From the NCBI RefSeq assembly GCF_003334385.1, contig NZ_QOWN01000041.1: a DNA stretch of 38,687 nt; one strand, given 5' to 3'. Within the stretch, counting starts at the first letter, position 1. Every line of letters starts with the position of its first letter. Positions 9,933-20,525 of this stretch are shown here, in pieces. The notes beneath the pieces are model-generated. The model did no database searches and was not told where the DNA came from. It was given only the letters and a program-made list of their open reading frames with translations. The stretch comes from Escherichia coli (GTDB taxonomy: Bacteria; Pseudomonadota; Gammaproteobacteria; Enterobacterales; Enterobacteriaceae). The translations under genes were made by a program, and so were the position numbers.

Positions 9933-10851
9933 CACGTTATTAACGTTACGCGACGTCCATATCAATTTCCCGGCCCGTAAAAACTGGCTTGGTAAAACTA
10001 CGGAACATGTTCATGCCATTAATGGTATTGATTTACAGATCCGCCGTGGTGAAACCTTAGGGATCGTCGGCGAGTCAGGCTGCGGCAAAAGCACCCTCGC
10101 ACAGCTTTTAATGGGTATGCTGCAACCGAGCCACGGGCAGTACATCCGTTCTGGCTCACAACGCATTATGCAGATGGTGTTTCAGGACCCGCTCTCTTCG
10201 CTTAATCCGCGCTTACCGGTGTGGCGCATCATCACAGAACCGCTCTGGATAGCTAAGCGTAGTAGTGAACAACAGCGGCGAGCGTTGGCAGAGGAGTTGG
10301 CTGTGCAGGTGGGTATTCGTCCGGAGTATCTCGACCGCCTGCCTCATGCGTTCTCCGGCGGGCAGCGGCAACGTATCGCCATTGCCAGAGCACTCTCTTC
10401 GCAGCCTGACGTGATTGTGCTTGATGAGCCAACCTCTGCGCTGGATATCTCCGTTCAGGCGCAGATCCTCAATTTACTGGTAACGCTACAGGAAAATCAC
10501 GGGCTGACCTATGTGCTGATTTCACACAATGTCTCGGTGATACGTCATATGAGCGATCGGGTGGCGGTGATGTATCTCGGGCAGATTGTAGAACTGGGCG
10601 ACGCGCAGCAGGTGCTGACGGCACCTGCACATCCATACACCCGATTATTGCTGGATTCCCTCCCCGCCATTGATAAACCGCTGGAGGAAGAATGGGCATT
10701 ACGTAAAACGGATCTGCCGGGAAACCGCACGTTGCCGCAAGGCTGTTTTTTCTACGAACGTTGCCCGCTGGCAACCCACGGATGTGAAGTCCGGCAATCA
10801 TTAGCAATAAGGGAGGACGGACGTGAGCTCCGGTGCTGGCGGGCGCTGTAG
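9925..10851 (+). CDS. ddpF: D,D-dipeptide ABC transporter ATP-binding protein
   Basis: 308-aa ORF, GTG start; Walker A GESGCGKST, signature FSGGQRQR, Walker B LDEPTSALD. Confidence 0.9.
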   Translation: MSDTLLTLRDVHINFPARKNWLGKTTEHVHAINGIDLQIRRGETLGIVGESGCGKSTLAQLLMGMLQPSHGQYIRSGSQRIMQMVFQDPLSSLNPRLPVWRIITEPLWIAKRSSEQQRRALAEELAVQVGIRPEYLDRLPHAFSGGQRQRIAIARALSSQPDVIVLDEPTSALDISVQAQILNLLVTLQENHGLTYVLISHNVSVIRHMSDRVAVMYLGQIVELGDAQQVLTAPAHPYTRLLLDSLPAIDKPLEEEWALRKTDLPGNRTLPQGCFFYERCPLATHGCEVRQSLAIREDGRELRCWRAL

Positions 10852-10861
10852 AGATGCTAAC

Positions 10862-10900
10862 AACGCATCAGGCATTCACGCGCCTGACGCGTCATCCGGC
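10862..10900. repeat. REP-like palindromic element between the convergent ddpF and osmC stops
   Basis: gcatcaggcattcacgcgcctgacgcgtcatccggca resembles the REP consensus (gccggatg...cctgatgc). Confidence 0.4.
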
Positions 10901-10906
10901 AATGCT

Positions 10907-11338
10907 TTACGATTTCAACTGGTAATCCAGCGTAATTTCCGCTTTCAGTACCTGAGAGACCGGGCATCCTGCTTTTGCTTTCTGGATTATGCCGTCAAAG
11001 GTAGAGGCATCAATACCCGGCACCGCAACTTCACTCTTCAGTGCGATTTTCGTAATCGCAAAACCGGCATCCACTTTATCCAGCGACACATCGGCGGTGG
11101 TATCAATCGATGTTGGCGTGAATCCCGCTTCCCCCAGCATTAATGAAAGCGCCATTGAGAAACATGCGGCATGCGCTGCGCCAATCAGTTCTTCAGGGTT
11201 GGTTCCTTTTTCGCCTTCAAAACGCGTGTTAAATCCATACGGCTGTTGGTTCAGCACGCCACTCTCGGTGGATACTGTTCCCTTCCCGCGTTTGATATCG
11301 CCTTCCCAGTGTGCCTGACCTTTCTTATGGATTGTCAT
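10907..11338 (-). CDS. osmC: osmotically inducible peroxiredoxin OsmC
   Basis: 143-aa ORF MTIHKKGQAHWEGDIKRGKG...; RBS aggaga; OsmC/Ohr fold signature. Confidence 0.93.
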   Translation of the reverse strand: MTIHKKGQAHWEGDIKRGKGTVSTESGVLNQQPYGFNTRFEGEKGTNPEELIGAAHAACFSMALSLMLGEAGFTPTSIDTTADVSLDKVDAGFAITKIALKSEVAVPGIDASTFDGIIQKAKAGCPVSQVLKAEITLDYQLKS

Positions 11339-11359
11339 TGTTGCTCTCCTGTGGGCTTA

Positions 11360-11420
11360 AAAAGGAAATTATAGACTACGTGAGAAACAGCACGAGGATA
11401 AGCAGGATATTCCGAATAAA
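11360..11420 (-). promoter_or_regulatory. osmC promoter region: sigma-S-like -10 (cTATAAT on the minus strand) and putative RcsB box
   Basis: Minus-strand agtcTATAATtt around 11365-11376; ggataagcaggatattccgaat at 11394-11417 resembles an RcsB box; assignment rests on recalled osmC regulation. Confidence 0.35.
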
Positions 11421-11682
11421 ATCCGGCGAAAATATTACTTCTGCACTTAAATTAAATTCCCACAATAGATTACCGGGAATATATAACCCAAAAGATATTG
11501 TATCAATATTAATCGGATCATACCAATCACAATCCCTATGAATATCATGGTGTTAAAATATAAAAATCATCAACCAGGACTAATCTTAACAACGAAGCGG
11601 CAAATATTTGCCATGCTGAATGTGCTTTATAAATCTGCGATCCGTAGCAGACACCATAAATACACAGACACGGAGAATCACT

Positions 11683-11898
11683 ATGTTTACTTATTATCAG
11701 GCAGAAAATTCAACAGCAGAACCCGCTCTGGTTAATGCCATTGAGCAAGGCCTTCGGGCACAGCATGGTGTTGTCACTGAAGATGACATTCTCATGGAGC
11801 TGACCAAATGGGTTGAAGCTTCTGATAACGACATCCTCAGTGATATCTACCAGCAAACGATCAATTATGTGGTCAGTGGCCAGCACCCTACGCTTTAA
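11683..11898 (+). CDS. bdm: biofilm-dependent modulation protein
   Basis: 71-aa product MFTYYQAENSTAEPALVNAIEQGL... from the internal ATG at 11683; the ORF-track start at 11620 is an upstream extension. Confidence 0.85.
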   Translation: MFTYYQAENSTAEPALVNAIEQGLRAQHGVVTEDDILMELTKWVEASDNDILSDIYQQTINYVVSGQHPTL

Positions 11899-11999
11899 GG
11901 TGCTATGCTTGATCGGCAACCTAATTTAGGGGTTTAGCACGTGTTTCTTCGCTACGGCGATGTTGTCCTTAAAACTAGCTACAGGATTGAGGAGTTAAA

Positions 12000-12137
12000 A
12001 TGAAATCGAACCGTCAGGCACGTCATATTCTTGGACTGGACCATAAAATTTCTAACCAGCGCAAAATAGTTACCGAAGGTGACAAATCCAGCGTAGTAAA
12101 TAACCCAACCGGCAGAAAACGCCCCGCTGAAAAGTAA
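12000..12137 (+). CDS. sra: stationary-phase-induced ribosome-associated protein (30S subunit protein S22)
   Basis: 45-codon [48 protein letters not shown] with RBS ggag; below the ORF-track cutoff, found by manual translation. Confidence 0.85.
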
Positions 12138-12166
12138 TTCATAACCATCAGTCCTCAATGACGATT

Positions 12167-12202
12167 AAACACCATTGCCTGCGCAATGGTGTTTTTGTTT
12201 TT
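12167..12202 (+). terminator. rho-independent terminator after sra
   Basis: caccattgc / ctgc / gcaatggtg followed by TTTTTgTTTTT. Confidence 0.75.
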
Positions 12203-12293
12203 ATCTGCTTTATACTTGAGGCCGACGCCCTGGCGGTAAAGCAAAGACGATAAAAGCCCCCCAGGGATGGATATTCAAAAAAGAGTGAGTGAC

Positions 12294-13991
12294 ATGGAAC
12301 CAAAAACAAAAAAACAGCGTTCGCTTTATATCCCTTACGCTGGCCCTGTACTGCTGGAATTTCCGTTGTTGAATAAAGGCAGTGCCTTCAGCATGGAAGA
12401 ACGCCGTAACTTCAACCTGCTGGGGTTACTGCCGGAAGTGGTCGAAACCATCGAAGAACAAGCGGAACGAGCATGGATCCAGTATCAGGGATTCAAAACC
12501 GAAATCGACAAACACATCTACCTGCGTAACATCCAGGACACTAACGAAACCCTCTTCTACCGTCTGGTAAACAATCATCTTGATGAGATGATGCCTGTTA
12601 TTTATACCCCAACCGTCGGCGCAGCCTGTGAGCGTTTTTCTGAGATCTACCGCCGTTCACGCGGCGTGTTTATCTCTTACCAGAACCGGCACAATATGGA
12701 CGATATTCTGCAAAACGTGCCGAACCATAATATTAAAGTGATTGTGGTGACTGACGGTGAACGCATTCTGGGGCTTGGTGACCAGGGCATCGGCGGGATG
12801 GGCATTCCGATCGGTAAACTGTCGCTCTATACCGCCTGTGGCGGCATCAGCCCGGCGTATACCCTTCCGGTGGTGCTGGATGTCGGAACGAACAACCAAC
12901 AGCTGCTTAACGATCCGCTGTATATGGGCTGGCGTAATCCGCGTATCACTGACGACGAATACTATGAATTCGTTGATGAATTTATCCAGGCTGTGAAACA
13001 ACGCTGGCCAGACGTGCTGTTGCAGTTTGAAGACTTTGCTCAAAAAAATGCGATGCCGTTACTTAACCGCTATCGCAATGAAATTTGTTCTTTTAACGAT
13101 GACATTCAGGGCACTGCGGCGGTAACAGTCGGCACACTGATCGCAGCAAGCCGCGCGGCAGGTGGTCAGTTAAGCGAGAAAAAAATCGTCTTCCTTGGCG
13201 CAGGTTCAGCGGGATGCGGCATTGCCGAAATGATCATCTCCCAGACCCAGCGCGAAGGATTAAGCGAGGAAGCGGCGCGGCAGAAAGTCTTTATGGTCGA
13301 TCGCTTTGGCTTGCTGACTGACAAGATGCCGAACCTGCTGCCTTTCCAGACCAAACTGGTGCAGAAGCGCGAAAACCTCAGTGACTGGGATACCGACAGC
13401 GATGTGCTGTCACTGCTGGATGTGGTGCGCAATGTAAAACCAGATATTCTGATTGGCGTCTCAGGACAGACCGGGCTGTTTACGGAAGAGATCATCCGTG
13501 AGATGCATAAACACTGTCCGCGTCCGATCGTGATGCCGCTGTCTAACCCGACGTCACGCGTGGAAGCCACACCGCAGGACATTATCGCCTGGACCGAAGG
13601 TAACGCGCTGGTCGCCACGGGCAGCCCGTTTAATCCAGTGGTATGGAAAGATAAAATCTACCCTATCGCCCAGTGTAACAACGCCTTTATTTTCCCGGGC
13701 ATCGGCCTGGGTGTTATTGCTTCCGGCGCGTCACGTATCACCGATGAGATGCTGATGTCGGCAAGTGAAACGCTGGCGCAGTATTCACCATTGGTGCTGA
13801 ACGGCGAAGGTATGGTACTGCCGGAACTGAAAGATATTCAGAAAGTCTCCCGCGCAATTGCGTTTGCGGTTGGCAAAATGGCGCAGCAGCAAGGCGTGGC
13901 GGTGAAAACCTCTGCCGAAGCCCTGCAACAGGCCATTGACGATAATTTCTGGCAAGCCGAATACCGCGACTACCGCCGTACCTCCATCTAA
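12294..13991 (+). CDS. maeA: NAD-dependent malic enzyme
   Basis: 565-aa product from [23 protein letters not shown]...; malic-enzyme motifs; the ORF-track start at 12267 is an upstream in-frame extension. Confidence 0.93.
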   Translation: MEPKTKKQRSLYIPYAGPVLLEFPLLNKGSAFSMEERRNFNLLGLLPEVVETIEEQAERAWIQYQGFKTEIDKHIYLRNIQDTNETLFYRLVNNHLDEMMPVIYTPTVGAACERFSEIYRRSRGVFISYQNRHNMDDILQNVPNHNIKVIVVTDGERILGLGDQGIGGMGIPIGKLSLYTACGGISPAYTLPVVLDVGTNNQQLLNDPLYMGWRNPRITDDEYYEFVDEFIQAVKQRWPDVLLQFEDFAQKNAMPLLNRYRNEICSFNDDIQGTAAVTVGTLIAASRAAGGQLSEKKIVFLGAGSAGCGIAEMIISQTQREGLSEEAARQKVFMVDRFGLLTDKMPNLLPFQTKLVQKRENLSDWDTDSDVLSLLDVVRNVKPDILIGVSGQTGLFTEEIIREMHKHCPRPIVMPLSNPTSRVEATPQDIIAWTEGNALVATGSPFNPVVWKDKIYPIAQCNNAFIFPGIGLGVIASGASRITDEMLMSASETLAQYSPLVLNGEGMVLPELKDIQKVSRAIAFAVGKMAQQQGVAVKTSAEALQQAIDDNFWQAEYRDYRRTSI

Positions 13992-13997
13992 GCCTGC

Positions 13998-14040
13998 GCC
14001 CGGTAGTGAAGGCTACCGGGCTATTTCCCTCTCCCTTTTT
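13998..14040 (+). terminator. hairpin plus T-rich tract after maeA
   Basis: gcccggtag / tgaagg / ctaccgggc then tatttccctctcccttttt. Confidence 0.5.
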
Positions 14041-14124
14041 CAGATCTCATCCATACTGGGTAGTGGCGAATAAATCTCATTTGCCTCACCTGCTATGCAG
14101 AACATCATCCGAAAAGGAGGAACT

Positions 14125-15135
14125 ATGAAGGCTGCAGTTGTTACGAAGGATCATCATGTTGACGTTACGTATAAAACACTGCGCTCACTGAAACATGGCG
14201 AAGCCCTGCTGAAAATGGAGTGTTGTGGTGTATGTCATACCGATCTTCATGTTAAGAATGGCGATTTTGGTGACAAAACCGGCGTAATTCTGGGCCATGA
14301 AGGCATCGGTGTGGTGGCAGAAGTGGGTCCAGGTGTCACCTCATTAAAACCAGGCGATCGTGCCAGCGTGGCGTGGTTCTACGAAGGATGCGGTCATTGC
14401 GAATACTGTAACAGTGGTAACGAAACGCTCTGCCGTTCAGTTAAAAATGCCGGATACAGCGTTGATGGCGGGATGGCGGAAGAGTGCATCGTGGTCGCCG
14501 ATTACGCGGTAAAAGTGCCAGATGGTCTGGACTCGGCGGCGGCCAGCAGCATTACCTGTGCGGGAGTCACCACCTACAAAGCCGTTAAGCTGTCAAAAAT
14601 TCGTCCAGGGCAGTGGATTGCTATCTACGGTCTTGGCGGTCTGGGTAACCTCGCCCTGCAATACGCGAAGAATGTCTTTAACGCCAAAGTGATCGCCATT
14701 GATGTCAATGATGAGCAGTTAAAACTGGCAACCGAAATGGGCGCAGATTTAGCGATTAACTCACACACCGAAGACGCCGCCAAAATTGTGCAGGAGAAAA
14801 CTGGTGGCGCTCACGCTGCGGTGGTAACAGCGGTAGCTAAAGCTGCGTTTAACTCGGCAGTTGATGCTGTCCGTGCAGGCGGTCGTGTTGTGGCTGTCGG
14901 TCTACCGCCGGAGTCTATGAGCCTGGATATCCCACGTCTTGTGCTGGATGGTATTGAAGTGGTCGGTTCGCTGGTCGGCACGCGCCAGGATTTAACTGAA
15001 GCCTTCCAGTTTGCCGCCGAAGGTAAAGTGGTGCCGAAAGTCGCCCTGCGTCCGTTAGCGGACATCAACACCATCTTTACTGAGATGGAAGAAGGCAAAA
15101 TCCGTGGCCGCATGGTGATTGATTTCCGTCACTAA
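14125..15135 (+). CDS. adhP: Zn-dependent alcohol dehydrogenase, propanol-preferring
   Basis: 336-aa product [19 protein letters not shown]...; Zn-ADH motifs GHEGIGVV and CGHCEYC; RBS aaaaggagg. Confidence 0.93.
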   Translation: MKAAVVTKDHHVDVTYKTLRSLKHGEALLKMECCGVCHTDLHVKNGDFGDKTGVILGHEGIGVVAEVGPGVTSLKPGDRASVAWFYEGCGHCEYCNSGNETLCRSVKNAGYSVDGGMAEECIVVADYAVKVPDGLDSAAASSITCAGVTTYKAVKLSKIRPGQWIAIYGLGGLGNLALQYAKNVFNAKVIAIDVNDEQLKLATEMGADLAINSHTEDAAKIVQEKTGGAHAAVVTAVAKAAFNSAVDAVRAGGRVVAVGLPPESMSLDIPRLVLDGIEVVGSLVGTRQDLTEAFQFAAEGKVVPKVALRPLADINTIFTEMEEGKIRGRMVIDFRH

Positions 15136-15144
15136 GAGGCCTTT

Positions 15145-15174
15145 GCTGCGACTGCCATGTTCGGGTCGCAGCAT
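15145..15174 (+). terminator. hairpin after adhP (no U-tract)
   Basis: tgctgcgac ... gtcgcagca inverted repeat. Confidence 0.3.
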
Positions 15175-15280
15175 CGCACACTCTCCAACATGAAATGGCT
15201 AAATGGATTATTGTTGCGTAGGAAGGAACAATAATGATAGTGTTCCCAGTGAAGGAACGCTACTGAGAGTAAAGACACTA

Positions 15281-15565
15281 ATGAAAATGGCCAATCATCC
15301 CCGCCCGGGGGACATTATTCAGGAATCACTGGACGAACTTAATGTCAGCCTGCGCGAGTTTGCCAGAGCAATGGAAATTGCTCCCTCAACGGCAAGCCGA
15401 TTGCTGACAGGAAAAGCAGCTTTGACGCCAGAAATGGCGATTAAACTTTCCGTGGTGATCGGCAGTTCGCCGCAAATGTGGCTGAATCTGCAAAACGCCT
15501 GGAGTCTGGCAGAGGCAGAAAAAACAGTGGATGTGTCGCGATTACGCCGTCTGGTTACGCAATAA
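15281..15565 (+). CDS. yddM: Xre/HigA-like helix-turn-helix DNA-binding protein
   Basis: 94-aa product [45 protein letters not shown]...; HTH motif evident; start chosen at the internal ATG by recollection of YddM length. Confidence 0.75.
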
Positions 15566-15617
15566 AAAAATGGCACTTTATAAAGCGCCATTTAGAACTG
15601 ATGACAAACGCAACATT

Positions 15618-15715
15618 GCCTGATGCGCTACGCTTATCAGGCCTACACGTTCACTGCAATCTATTGGATTTGAAGGGTTTTCATGCCGGATAAGGCGTTC
15701 ACGCCGCATCCGGCA
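15618..15715. repeat. BIME: two inverted REP elements
   Basis: gcctgatgcgctacgcttatcaggcctac and tgccggataaggcgttcacgccgcatccggca; canonical REP sequences. Confidence 0.85.
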
Positions 15716-15744
15716 TGAACAAAGCCTACGTTGTCTACAATATG

Positions 15745-15776
15745 AAAATGGCGCCTTTTACAGCGCCATTTTCAGC
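15745..15776. terminator. bidirectional terminator between yddM (+) and fdnI (-)
   Basis: aaaatggcgc / cttttaca / gcgccatttt; A/T runs on both sides. Confidence 0.55.
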
Positions 15777-15793
15777 TTAAAGTTCAAAAGAGA

Positions 15794-16447
15794 TTATATC
15801 CCTTCTTCACTCTCTTTTTTCGCTTCTGCCTTCTCGATTTCACGATACCAGCGCGGATGGTGTTTCTTCGCCCAGCGACGACTTACCTTCCCTTCGATCA
15901 TCCCTTTAATCGATCCTTTCACCCAAAATGCCATATACATATGGATCAGGATGGCGTGGATCAGGATGATACCCGCAGCCGCGTGGATCAGCAGGCTGTA
16001 GCGAACAACCTGCATCGGGAAGTACTGCGCAAAGTACGGACGCCAGATAATCACCCCGGTCACCAGCAGCACGAAAATCATGCTCATGATCGACCAGAAC
16101 ATCATCTTTTGCCCGGCGTTGTACTTACCGACATCCGCCACTTTATGCTCATTGCCTTTCAATACTTCGACAATGTTCAACAGCCACGGAATATCTTTCT
16201 TATCCGGGATGTTGTGATGCACAAAACGCACAAACATAAACATCAGTGCGACGAAAATCGCAATGCCGAAGAACGGGTGCAAAATGCGTCCCATCTGCGG
16301 CGTACCGAAGGTTTGCGTCAGCCATTGCAGCGTCGGGAAGAAGAACGAAATCCCGGACAGCGCCACCAGGAAGAAGCAAATCACCACGGTCCAGTGACAG
16401 GCGCGATCAATAAATTTGGTGCGCACAATCATTTTCGACTTACTCAT
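15794..16447 (-). CDS. fdnI: formate dehydrogenase-N gamma subunit (cytochrome b556)
   Basis: 217-aa membrane product [26 protein letters not shown]...; overlaps fdnH by 8 nt. Confidence 0.93.
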
Positions 16448-17324
16448 GATGATCCTCCTCGTCATCGTCCACTTCCTTATTCGGGCCAATACCGATGTAG
16501 TGGAAAATCAACCCGGCAAAAGTGGCAATAAAGCCAGCCGCTGCCAGCGGTTTCAACGCGCCTTTCCACAGGCTTACCGAGGTGTCGATCTTCGGATCTT
16601 TCGGCAGACCGTGATACAGCTCCGGCTGATCGGCGTGATGCAGCACGTACATAACGTGCGTACCACCGACCCCTTCCGGGTTGTAGACGCCAGCATGTTC
16701 GTAACCACGCGCTTTCAGTTTCGCCACGCGCTGTTCCGCCAGCTCCAGCATCTCCTTCTTGGTGCCGAAGTGGATAGCCCCGGTCGGACAGGTTTTCACA
16801 CAAGCCGGTTCCTGGCCGACGCTGACGCGATCGACGCAGAGCGTGCATTTATATACCCGGTTATCCTCTTTGTTGAGGCGCGGAATATTAAACGGACACC
16901 CGGCAATGCAGTAACCACAGCCGATGCAGTTTTCCGACTGGAAATCGACAATCCCGTTAGCGTACTGAATGATTGCACCAGCAGACGGGCACGCCTTCAG
17001 GCAGCCGGGATCTTCACAGTGCATACAGCCGTCTTTACGGATCAGCCACTCCAGCTTGCCGTTCTGTTCGGTTTCGCTAAAGCGCATCACCGTCCAGGAC
17101 TTGGCGCTCAGATCGGCGGGGTTATCGTAAACCCCGACGCAGTGCCCCACTTCATCACGGATGTCGTTCCACTCCGAACACGCCACCTGACAGGCTTTAC
17201 AGCCGATACAGGTGGAAACGTCGATAAGTTTTGCGACTTCTGCTTTGTAATCACGCACCTGAGAAGGCGGCGTGATGGAGTTAGTTGCGGACCTTTTGAT
17301 AATGTCCTGCGTTTCCATAGCCAT
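16440..17324 (-). CDS. fdnH: formate dehydrogenase-N beta subunit (4x[4Fe-4S])
   Basis: 294-aa ORF with multiple CxxCxxCxxxCP ferredoxin motifs. Confidence 0.93.
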   Translation of the reverse strand: MAMETQDIIKRSATNSITPPSQVRDYKAEVAKLIDVSTCIGCKACQVACSEWNDIRDEVGHCVGVYDNPADLSAKSWTVMRFSETEQNGKLEWLIRKDGCMHCEDPGCLKACPSAGAIIQYANGIVDFQSENCIGCGYCIAGCPFNIPRLNKEDNRVYKCTLCVDRVSVGQEPACVKTCPTGAIHFGTKKEMLELAEQRVAKLKARGYEHAGVYNPEGVGGTHVMYVLHHADQPELYHGLPKDPKIDTSVSLWKGALKPLAAAGFIATFAGLIFHYIGIGPNKEVDDDEEDHHE

Positions 17325-17336
17325 CTGTTCGCCCCC

Positions 17337-20300
17337 TTACGCCTGCTCGATGTTGACTAAGAACGCTTTATATTCCGGCGTTTGCGAGTTTGCATCACCG
17401 ACATTCGGCGTCAGAGTGTTAGCGATATAACCTTTACGCGCGACACCCTCAAAGCCCCAGTGGATTGGAATACCCACCGTTTCAACCTGCTGACCATTTA
17501 CATTCAGCGGTTTCAGACGACGCGTTACCACAGCCACCGCGCGGATAAAGCCACGCTTGCTGGAGACAGTGACACGATCGCCATTATTAATGCCTTTCGC
17601 CGCCGCCAGCGTTTCGCTGATTTCCACAAACTGTTCCGGCTGAGCAATTGCGTTGAGCAATGCGTGCTTGGTCCAGGTGTGGAAGTGCTCGGTCAGACGA
17701 TAGGTCGTACCCACATACGGGAACTGCTCTTTTTTACCCATCCGCAGCGCGTCTTGTTCATACAGACGAACAACCGGGTTAGACACCACGTTCGGATGCA
17801 GCGGGTTAGTGCCCAGCGGCGTTTCAATCGGCTCGTAGTGTTCCGGGAACGGACCTTCCGCCATTTTGTTGATGGCAAACAGGCGTCCCATCCCTTCCGG
17901 CTGCATGATAAACGGCCCGGTTGGCGTACCCGGTGCGGCATTGCCGAAGTCAGGAATATCGTTACCCGTCCACTTGCTGCCGTTCCACTGGATCAGCATC
18001 CGTTTCGGATCCCACGGTTTACCGTTGATATCCGCCGAAGCACGGTTGTACAGCACGCGACGGTTGAGCGGCCACGCCCAGGCCCATCCCAGCGTATTCC
18101 CCAGACCGGACGGGTCGGAGTTATCGCGGTTAGCCATCTGGTTGCCCTGCTCTGTCCAGCTACCGGTGTAGATCCAGCAAGAAGATGCGGTTGTACCGTC
18201 ATCACGCAGATGCGCAAAGCTACTCAGCAACTGACCTTTCTTCGCAATAAGCACGCCATTAGCGTCATAGAGATCTTCCAGCGCGTAGCCGTTGTTCTCT
18301 TTAGCCACTTCGTCAGATTGCGGTTCGTGCGGCTGCTTGTAGTTCCAGCTCATCTTCATCAGCGGTTCTACGCCTTTACCACCTTCGGACTGGTACAGCT
18401 CGCGCAGATGATGGTAGATACCCGCCAGAATTTCACCGTCGTTACGCGCTTCGCCCGGCGCGTCCTGACCTTTCCAGTGCCACTGCAACCAGCGACCGGA
18501 GTTAGCGATAGAACCATCTTCTTCAGCAAAGCAGGTCGAAGGCAGACGGAATACTTCAGTCTGAATAGACGCCGGATCGACATCGTTCGACTCACCGTGG
18601 TTCTGCCAGAAGGTAGAGGTTTCAGTCACCAGCGGATCGATAACCACCATGTACTTCAGCTTGCTCAGGCAGCTCACCACTTTGTTTTTGTCCGGGAAGG
18701 ACGCAACCGGGTTAAAGCCCTGGCAGAAATAACCGGTGACTTTGCCTTCATCCATCATGTTGAAATACTTGATGACGTCGTAGGTCTGGTCCCACTTCGG
18801 CAGCCAGTCATAGCCCCAGTTGTTCTCTTTCTGCGCGGCATCGCCATAGAAAGATTTCATCAGGCTAACGAAGAACTTCGGATAGTTGCTCCAGTAGTTC
18901 ACCTGATCAGCCAGCGTCGCTTTCGGCGTGTTCGCTTCCAGATACGACTGCAAATCAACCTGTTTTTCTGACGGCAGCGTCAGATAACCTGGCAGGCTGG
19001 TAGAGAGCAGGCCTAAGTCAGTCAAGCCCTGAATGTTGGAGTGACCACGCAATGCGTTCACGCCGCCACCGGCCATACCCATGTTACCGAGCAGCAACTG
19101 GATCATCGCCATAGTACGGATGTTCTGCGCACCCACAGTGTGCTGCGTCCAGCCCAGCGCGTACAGGAAGGTGGTTGTGCGATCCGGTGCGCTGGTGGAG
19201 GCCAGCACTTCACACACTTTCAGGAAGTCGGCTTTTGGCGTACCGCAGATGTTTTCAACGACGTCCGGCGTGTAGCGGGAAACGTGCTCTTTCAGCAGGT
19301 TCCACACACAGCGCGGATGAGTCAGTGTTTCATCGCGTTTCGCATAGCCGTTTTCATCGAACTGATAGTTCCAGGACGATTTATCGTATTGACGTTTTTC
19401 AGCGTCGTAGCCGCTGAACAGACCGTCTTCGAAAGCAAAATCATCACGCACCAGCAGGCTGGCGTTGGTGTAATGCTTAACGTATTCGGCGTTGATTTTG
19501 TTGTTTTCGATCAGGTAGCGCAAAACGCCAGACAGGAACGTAATGTCCGTACCGGAACGAATAGGCGCGTAAATATCCGCCACAGAAGCGGTACGCGTAA
19601 AACGGGGATCGACAACGATCAAGGTTGCGTCGTTGTTGTTTTTCGCTTCCATCGCCCAGCGGAAACCGACGGGATGCGCTTCAGCAGCGTTACCGCCCAT
19701 CACCATCACGACGTTAGCGTTTTTGATATCCACCCAGTGGTTGGTCATCGCACCGCGACCAAATGTTGGAGCAAGACTTGCTACCGTTGGTCCGTGTCAG
19801 ACGCGCGCCTGGTTGTCTACCGCCAGCATCCCGAGGGAGCGGGCAAATTTCTGGGTCAGCATCCCGGTTTCGTTGCTGGCACCGGAGGCACACAGCATAC
19901 CGGTAGAAAGCCAACGGTTTACCGTTACGCCCTGCTCGTTCTTTTCAATAAAGTTGGCGTCACGGTCAGCTTTCATCAGCTTCGCAATACGGGAGAATGC
20001 TTCTTCCCAGCTAATGCGCTGCCATTTGTCAGAACCTGGCGCACGATATTCCGGGTAGCGCAGACGGTTTTCACTGTTGACGTAATCCAGCAAACCGGCC
20101 CCTTTCGGGCACAGCGCACCACGGCTTACCGGATGATCCGGGTCACCTTCAATGTGATAAATCGCTTCTCTGGCGTTTTTTGCGCCATCACCCAGGCTAT
20201 ACATCAATAGCCCGCAACCTACGGAACAGTATGTGCAGGTGTTACGGATCTCTTTAGCGCGTAATAATTTGTAGTTTCGCGCCTGAGCCAGTGCTTGCTT

Positions 20301-20384
20301 CGGGGCAAAGCCCAATGCCGCTACTGTTGTTCCAGCCATACCGCCCGCGCAGATTTTAAAAAATTGTCTGCGACTGACGTCCAT
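17337..20384 (-). CDS. fdnG: formate dehydrogenase-N alpha subunit, selenocysteine-containing (in-frame UGA at 19797-19799)
   Basis: Two ORF-track pieces (17337-19748 and 19797-20384) are in the same frame; translation reads ...AVDNQARV-U-HGPTVASLAPTFGRGAMTNHWV...; Tat signal MDVSRRQFFKICAGG; total 1015 codons plus stop. Confidence 0.93.
19752..19796 (-). promoter_or_regulatory. SECIS element directing Sec insertion at the fdnG UGA
   Basis: mRNA UGA-CACGGACCAACGGUAGCAAGUCUUGCUCCAACAUUUGGUC folds as a stem-loop immediately 3' of the UGA, like the fdhF/fdnG SECIS as recalled. Confidence 0.7.
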
Positions 20385-20448
20385 TGCTTTCCTCTTTTTT
20401 CAGGGGTATTACTGCGCGAGGAAACTAACAGTAAAATTCTGAATCTTT

Positions 20449-20462
20449 TTGCGCGAAATCAA
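20449..20462 (-). promoter_or_regulatory. putative FNR box upstream of fdnG
   Basis: Minus-strand TTGAT-TTCG-CGCAA (consensus TTGAT-N4-ATCAA), centred about 71 nt upstream of the fdnG ATG. Confidence 0.4.
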
Positions 20463-20509
20463 AAAGAACATCTGTTTGCCACAAAATAATCCGCCTTCGC
20501 AAATTGACC

Positions 20510-20525
20510 TACCTCAATAGCGGTA
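20510..20525 (-). promoter_or_regulatory. putative NarL 7-2-7 heptamer pair upstream of fdnG
   Basis: TACCTCA-AT-AGCGGTA, a palindromic approximation of TACYYMT-nn-AKRRGTA, about 60 bp upstream of the candidate FNR box. Confidence 0.35.

Noticed and set aside
12267-12293. Upstream in-frame start codons for maeA (also adhP at 14095, narU at 23683, narZ at 25138, yddH at 33886, pptA at 34772, bdm at 11620)
   Set aside because: Internal ATGs give products of the expected family length with better-placed RBSs; the extensions are gratuitous open frame.
15618-15715. Palindromic repeats that might be mistaken for a CRISPR array (also 32828-32903)
   Set aside because: Only two inverted copies each, with no regular repeat-spacer periodicity; they match REP/BIME elements.
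15857-16531. 224-aa plus-strand ORF antisense to fdnI
   Set aside because: Antisense artefact; His/Arg-rich, no RBS.
16416-17360. 314-aa plus-strand ORF antisense to fdnH
   Set aside because: Antisense artefact within a Cys-motif-rich Fe-S gene; no start signals.
17382-18971. 529-aa plus-strand ORF lying entirely antisense to fdnG
   Set aside because: Arg/His-rich low-complexity translation, no RBS, embedded in a conserved selenoprotein gene; a stop-poor antisense frame typical of GC-rich coding DNA.
19041-20210. 389-aa plus-strand ORF antisense to the 5' third of fdnG
   Set aside because: Same reasoning; it also spans the Sec codon and SECIS region, which is constrained by fdnG.
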